Positions 61,283 through 64,000 of a stretch of 64,000 bases of DNA are shown piece by piece. The notes below the pieces were generated by a model. The model saw only the letters and a program-made list of their open reading frames with translations. It was not told the origin of the DNA and searched no databases. The translations under genes were made by a program, and so were the position numbers. Position 1 is the stretch's first letter. Each line of letters begins with the position of its first letter. This DNA comes from Candidatus Dadabacteria bacterium. Its GTDB lineage: Bacteria > Desulfobacterota_D > UBA1144 > Nemesobacterales > CSP1-2. Where the stretch lies: NCBI GenBank assembly GCA_963805855.1, contig CAWDVW010000005.1, positions 800,001-864,000 on the forward strand, in the 5' to 3' direction.

Positions 61283-61319
61283 ATCATGCATCTTGCATCG
61301 TGTATCCTGCATACTGCAT
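61283..61319 (-). repeat. Heptamer array, inverted relative to 59557-59599
   Basis: atgcatc-ttgcatc-gtgtatc-ctgcata-ctgcat. Confidence 0.75.
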
Positions 61320-61474
61320 TTTTGCAGCCTAATTAAAGCCAGGCTCATAGATGGGCTGTATAACATGCTTCCAACCGGGAGACGAAATCATGCAGATCAG
61401 ACAGGCTCCTGATCATCCTGTTCATCGCAGTGGGCTGTCAGGTAGCTGATAAACACAAGGAGGTTTGAAAACCC

Positions 61475-62026
61475 ATGAACAGTAGTAAACTTACTCCGAA
61501 GCAACAGGCAATGGTCAAGATTTGGGAGCAGCACATGGCCGCTGAGTTCGAGGAGAAGAGTATCGATGCGACGATGGCGACAATGACGGCTGATCCCTTC
61601 GTCAATCATGTCCCCGTCATGACAGGTGGCGTAGGTTCCAGTGAAGTCCGCCACTTCTATAGCACGTATTTCATCCCGGGTCATCCACCGGACACCGAAG
61701 TCGTACCGGTCGCTCGCACGGTCGGAGAGGACCGCATAGTGGACGAATTGATTCACAGGTTCACCCACACGATCGAGATGCCGTGGATCCTCCCCGGCGT
61801 ACCGCCTACGGGCAAGCGGGTCGAAGTTGGCGTCATTGTGGTTGTGCAGTTTAAAGACGGGAAAATCGCAGGTGAGCGGATCTACTGGGACCAAGCCTCT
61901 GTACTTGCGCAGATCGGCTTGATCGATGCGGAGAAGCTACCAGCGACGGGTATCGAGGCCTCTCGCAAAGTCGTCGATCCCGCACAGGAACCATCCAACA
62001 GGTTAATCAAGCGGATTGAAGAATAA
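61475..62026 (+). CDS. SnoaL-like / ester cyclase family protein
   Basis: H..AEF, VNHVP..TGG, LPGVPPTG, ERIYWDQASVL. Confidence 0.88.
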   Translation: MNSSKLTPKQQAMVKIWEQHMAAEFEEKSIDATMATMTADPFVNHVPVMTGGVGSSEVRHFYSTYFIPGHPPDTEVVPVARTVGEDRIVDELIHRFTHTIEMPWILPGVPPTGKRVEVGVIVVVQFKDGKIAGERIYWDQASVLAQIGLIDAEKLPATGIEASRKVVDPAQEPSNRLIKRIEE

Positions 62027-62394
62027 CGAAAATAATTGGATTGTTAGAATGATCTCGTTAAATCTATAACGAAGAGCTGCAAAAAAATAGGATTTGCATA
62101 ATGTAGAATTGTGAACTTATAATCATGAATACAAGACAATTTTGTTTTTCAGCTATATAATTAATTCAATAAATAAACATAAAATTATTCTATATAAGTT
62201 AAATTGTTCATTGAGTAAATAATTACGATACATTTTTTTGATACTTTGAAAAAACTAAACTCACTTTTGGTAATTGTATAATGAGTGCGATGAGATCAAC
62301 AAATGTAGTTCGAGAAGGGAGTGCACAATTTAGGCACAAAATTAGAATTAATCATACAAAGATTTGTAACTGCCCGAACTCACATATAAATTGC

Positions 62395-62837
62395 ATGACC
62401 GCTAAAGATTGGCTAAAGAGTCAACTCGGGGTATGGCAATTTACTTATGAAGCTCGCGATATAAGAAAAAAAGAAGTACAGATTCTGAGTCACTGGCCAA
62501 ATCCCGTGAGCTACTGGAGATGTTTGACCAGCCTACCGATCCACCGGATGATGTATTTATATCTGATCAAGTAGCTTGCTTTCCGACCAAATGGGAAGTT
62601 GACCTCGCTGATGAAATTCCGGATCTAGATAGACTTACAGCCGAAGCCCGCAGCAAACTTGGATTGAAAAGCGATACTGGAAAACCTTTGATCGCTCGAT
62701 ATGTCGCCAAGACTCTGACTGCAAGAACTCCGCCTGAAATACCATCTTCATTGCGCACGATCATTGATAAAGCTGTCAATGTCTCGTGGACAAAGTCTTG
62801 CTTGGCCGGAGATGAGTCCAAGGTGGAAGGTAATTAA
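62395..62837 (+). pseudogene. Possible frameshifted hypothetical gene
   Basis: Two overlapping short ORFs in different frames near an A-run. Confidence 0.3.
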
Positions 62838-62961
62838 TCGCCGAAGCAGATCAAAAGGTTAGTTCTCCATGTGTCCTTTCGGCTCGCGATCTCCAGTATT
62901 GTACATATACTATTCGTGGTACTAAGAAAAATGACTAGGAGGTATTGAAAAGTATTACAAT

Positions 62962-63150
62962 TTGGGGTTGCAGGAGGGCGCTAAAAAGATAGCAGATGCA
63001 GAAAACATCATAGAAGTCCAGCTTTTTCCTGATAGCACTCCATACGAGTACCTTATGCGTTTCCTTAACAACGTCATGCTTGGAGTTCATGAGACAATAA
63101 CTGTGAAAGAAAGCGTCGTTGTCATTAAGATGAGTAACAATGGTAACTGA
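62962..63150 (+). CDS. Small hypothetical protein
   Basis: 62-aa ORF with AGGAGG upstream. Confidence 0.35.
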   Translation: MGLQEGAKKIADAENIIEVQLFPDSTPYEYLMRFLNNVMLGVHETITVKESVVVIKMSNNGN

Positions 63151-63219
63151 AAAGACTACAGAACTTCGTTTCCTTACATTTCATTATTGTGAACTCTAGC
63201 CGTGTAGCGCTAAGCTCCG

Positions 63220-63903
63220 TTAATAGAATAAGGCAGCCCAAGGTCTTAAAAGGACCCAGTATTCGGAGGGCCTAAGAATTGTTATTCCAAGTTTATTAAG
63301 CCTGTCTCGATAGACCCATATCGATCTGCGATCCATTGTCATAAAAGAATCACATTCTAAACCAACCGATTCGGATACAAGTTTTCTGTCCATCTCATCT
63401 GGCAGAAAATCTAGCAATCCTGAATTATATAATCGTACACCCCGACCAACTGATATGCCTTCTAAACTGATAAATTTATGATCTTCCATTCTAGTCATAC
63501 AATAATCTAATAATTCACAGCCCCATCGAACAAGAGTGTGCTTTTTCTTTAAGTTGGCAATTCCTGAGAACTCGACAACTGACAGGGGAGACGTCACAAA
63601 CTCGAAGGATGCCCTTTGTGCAATTTGGAAAACCGAGGGTAGCGCTTCAATATCGGCTTTAGTCTCTGAATCAAGCGTGTCAAATTTTTCATATTCCTCA
63701 TCATCCATAAAATTATCGCACATAAGTGAAGAGAATGAAGATAGGTTTTGAATTACATTTGTGTCCAAGAATACGCGGCGAGCTAATTTGGTAACTCTTT
63801 CAAATGCCCCACCATCATTTAATGACTCATTAGACATAAAATTCAAGATAGAGTTTGTATCTATTTTGTAAGAATTATCGATGTCACGCAGGCTTCTGTT
63901 CAC
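63220..63903 (-). CDS. PIN-domain-like protein (start probably 63837)
   Basis: VFLDTNV, E, D...V, FMTMD, I.RP motifs. Confidence 0.7.
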   Translation of the reverse strand: MNRSLRDIDNSYKIDTNSILNFMSNESLNDGGAFERVTKLARRVFLDTNVIQNLSSFSSLMCDNFMDDEEYEKFDTLDSETKADIEALPSVFQIAQRASFEFVTSPLSVVEFSGIANLKKKHTLVRWGCELLDYCMTRMEDHKFISLEGISVGRGVRLYNSGLLDFLPDEMDRKLVSESVGLECDSFMTMDRRSIWVYRDRLNKLGITILRPSEYWVLLRPWAALFY

Positions 63904-64000
63904 CCGAGATTTCAGCGATTTCTTCGGGTTTTAACCTCCTGATCCGGACTCTACGTACCCTTGTCGGATCGGCCTCCAGCACGGTGACCTCATGCTCCCC
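63884..64000 (-). CDS. C-terminus of a CorC/HlyC-domain protein (enters from beyond the window)
   Basis: GEHEVTVLEADPTRVRRVRIRRL...PA* resembles the transporter-associated domain end. Confidence 0.65.
   Translation of the reverse strand, partial: GEHEVTVLEADPTRVRRVRIRRLKPEEIAEISGEQKPA

Noticed and set aside
61397-61894. 165-aa antisense ORF and similar shadow ORFs elsewhere
   Set aside because: Antisense to well-supported genes and without recognisable motifs
62020-62080. TAAC...GTTA pattern after the SnoaL-like gene as a possible attC
   Set aside because: No convincing L boxes or stem, and no matching upstream core site

Overview
Bacterial chromosomal window, about 40% GC. Gene content suggests a deltaproteobacteria-like lineage such as Ca. 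Dadabacteria (inference only). Housekeeping blocks (thiL, hisB/hisH, slt, queF, leuA; sodA, comEC, ispF, msrB, htpX, fadIJ, egtBD plus an ABC transporter) flank an accessory region at about 16.0-35.4 kb made of two related tRNA-anchored islands. One is a decayed island at tRNA-Ala(CGC). The other is a 13.2-kb element at a tRNA(CAT), bounded by a perfect 48-bp direct repeat, with an intact tyrosine integrase, an RHH/Xis-like gene, a TerS-like gene, a dif-like site and a c-di-GMP-I riboswitch ahead of secreted proteins. Most notable: both islands carry the same ~110-bp promoter plus attI-like platform, each loaded with a different integron-type gene cassette (one with a 59-bp attC), yet the window has no IntI. 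Both islands also share a ~140-bp palindromic repeat and integrase arm-type repeats. Two paralogous anti-Shine-Dalgarno sRNA candidates lie divergent from the two tRNA genes. All calls come from reading the sequence by eye; no searches were run.
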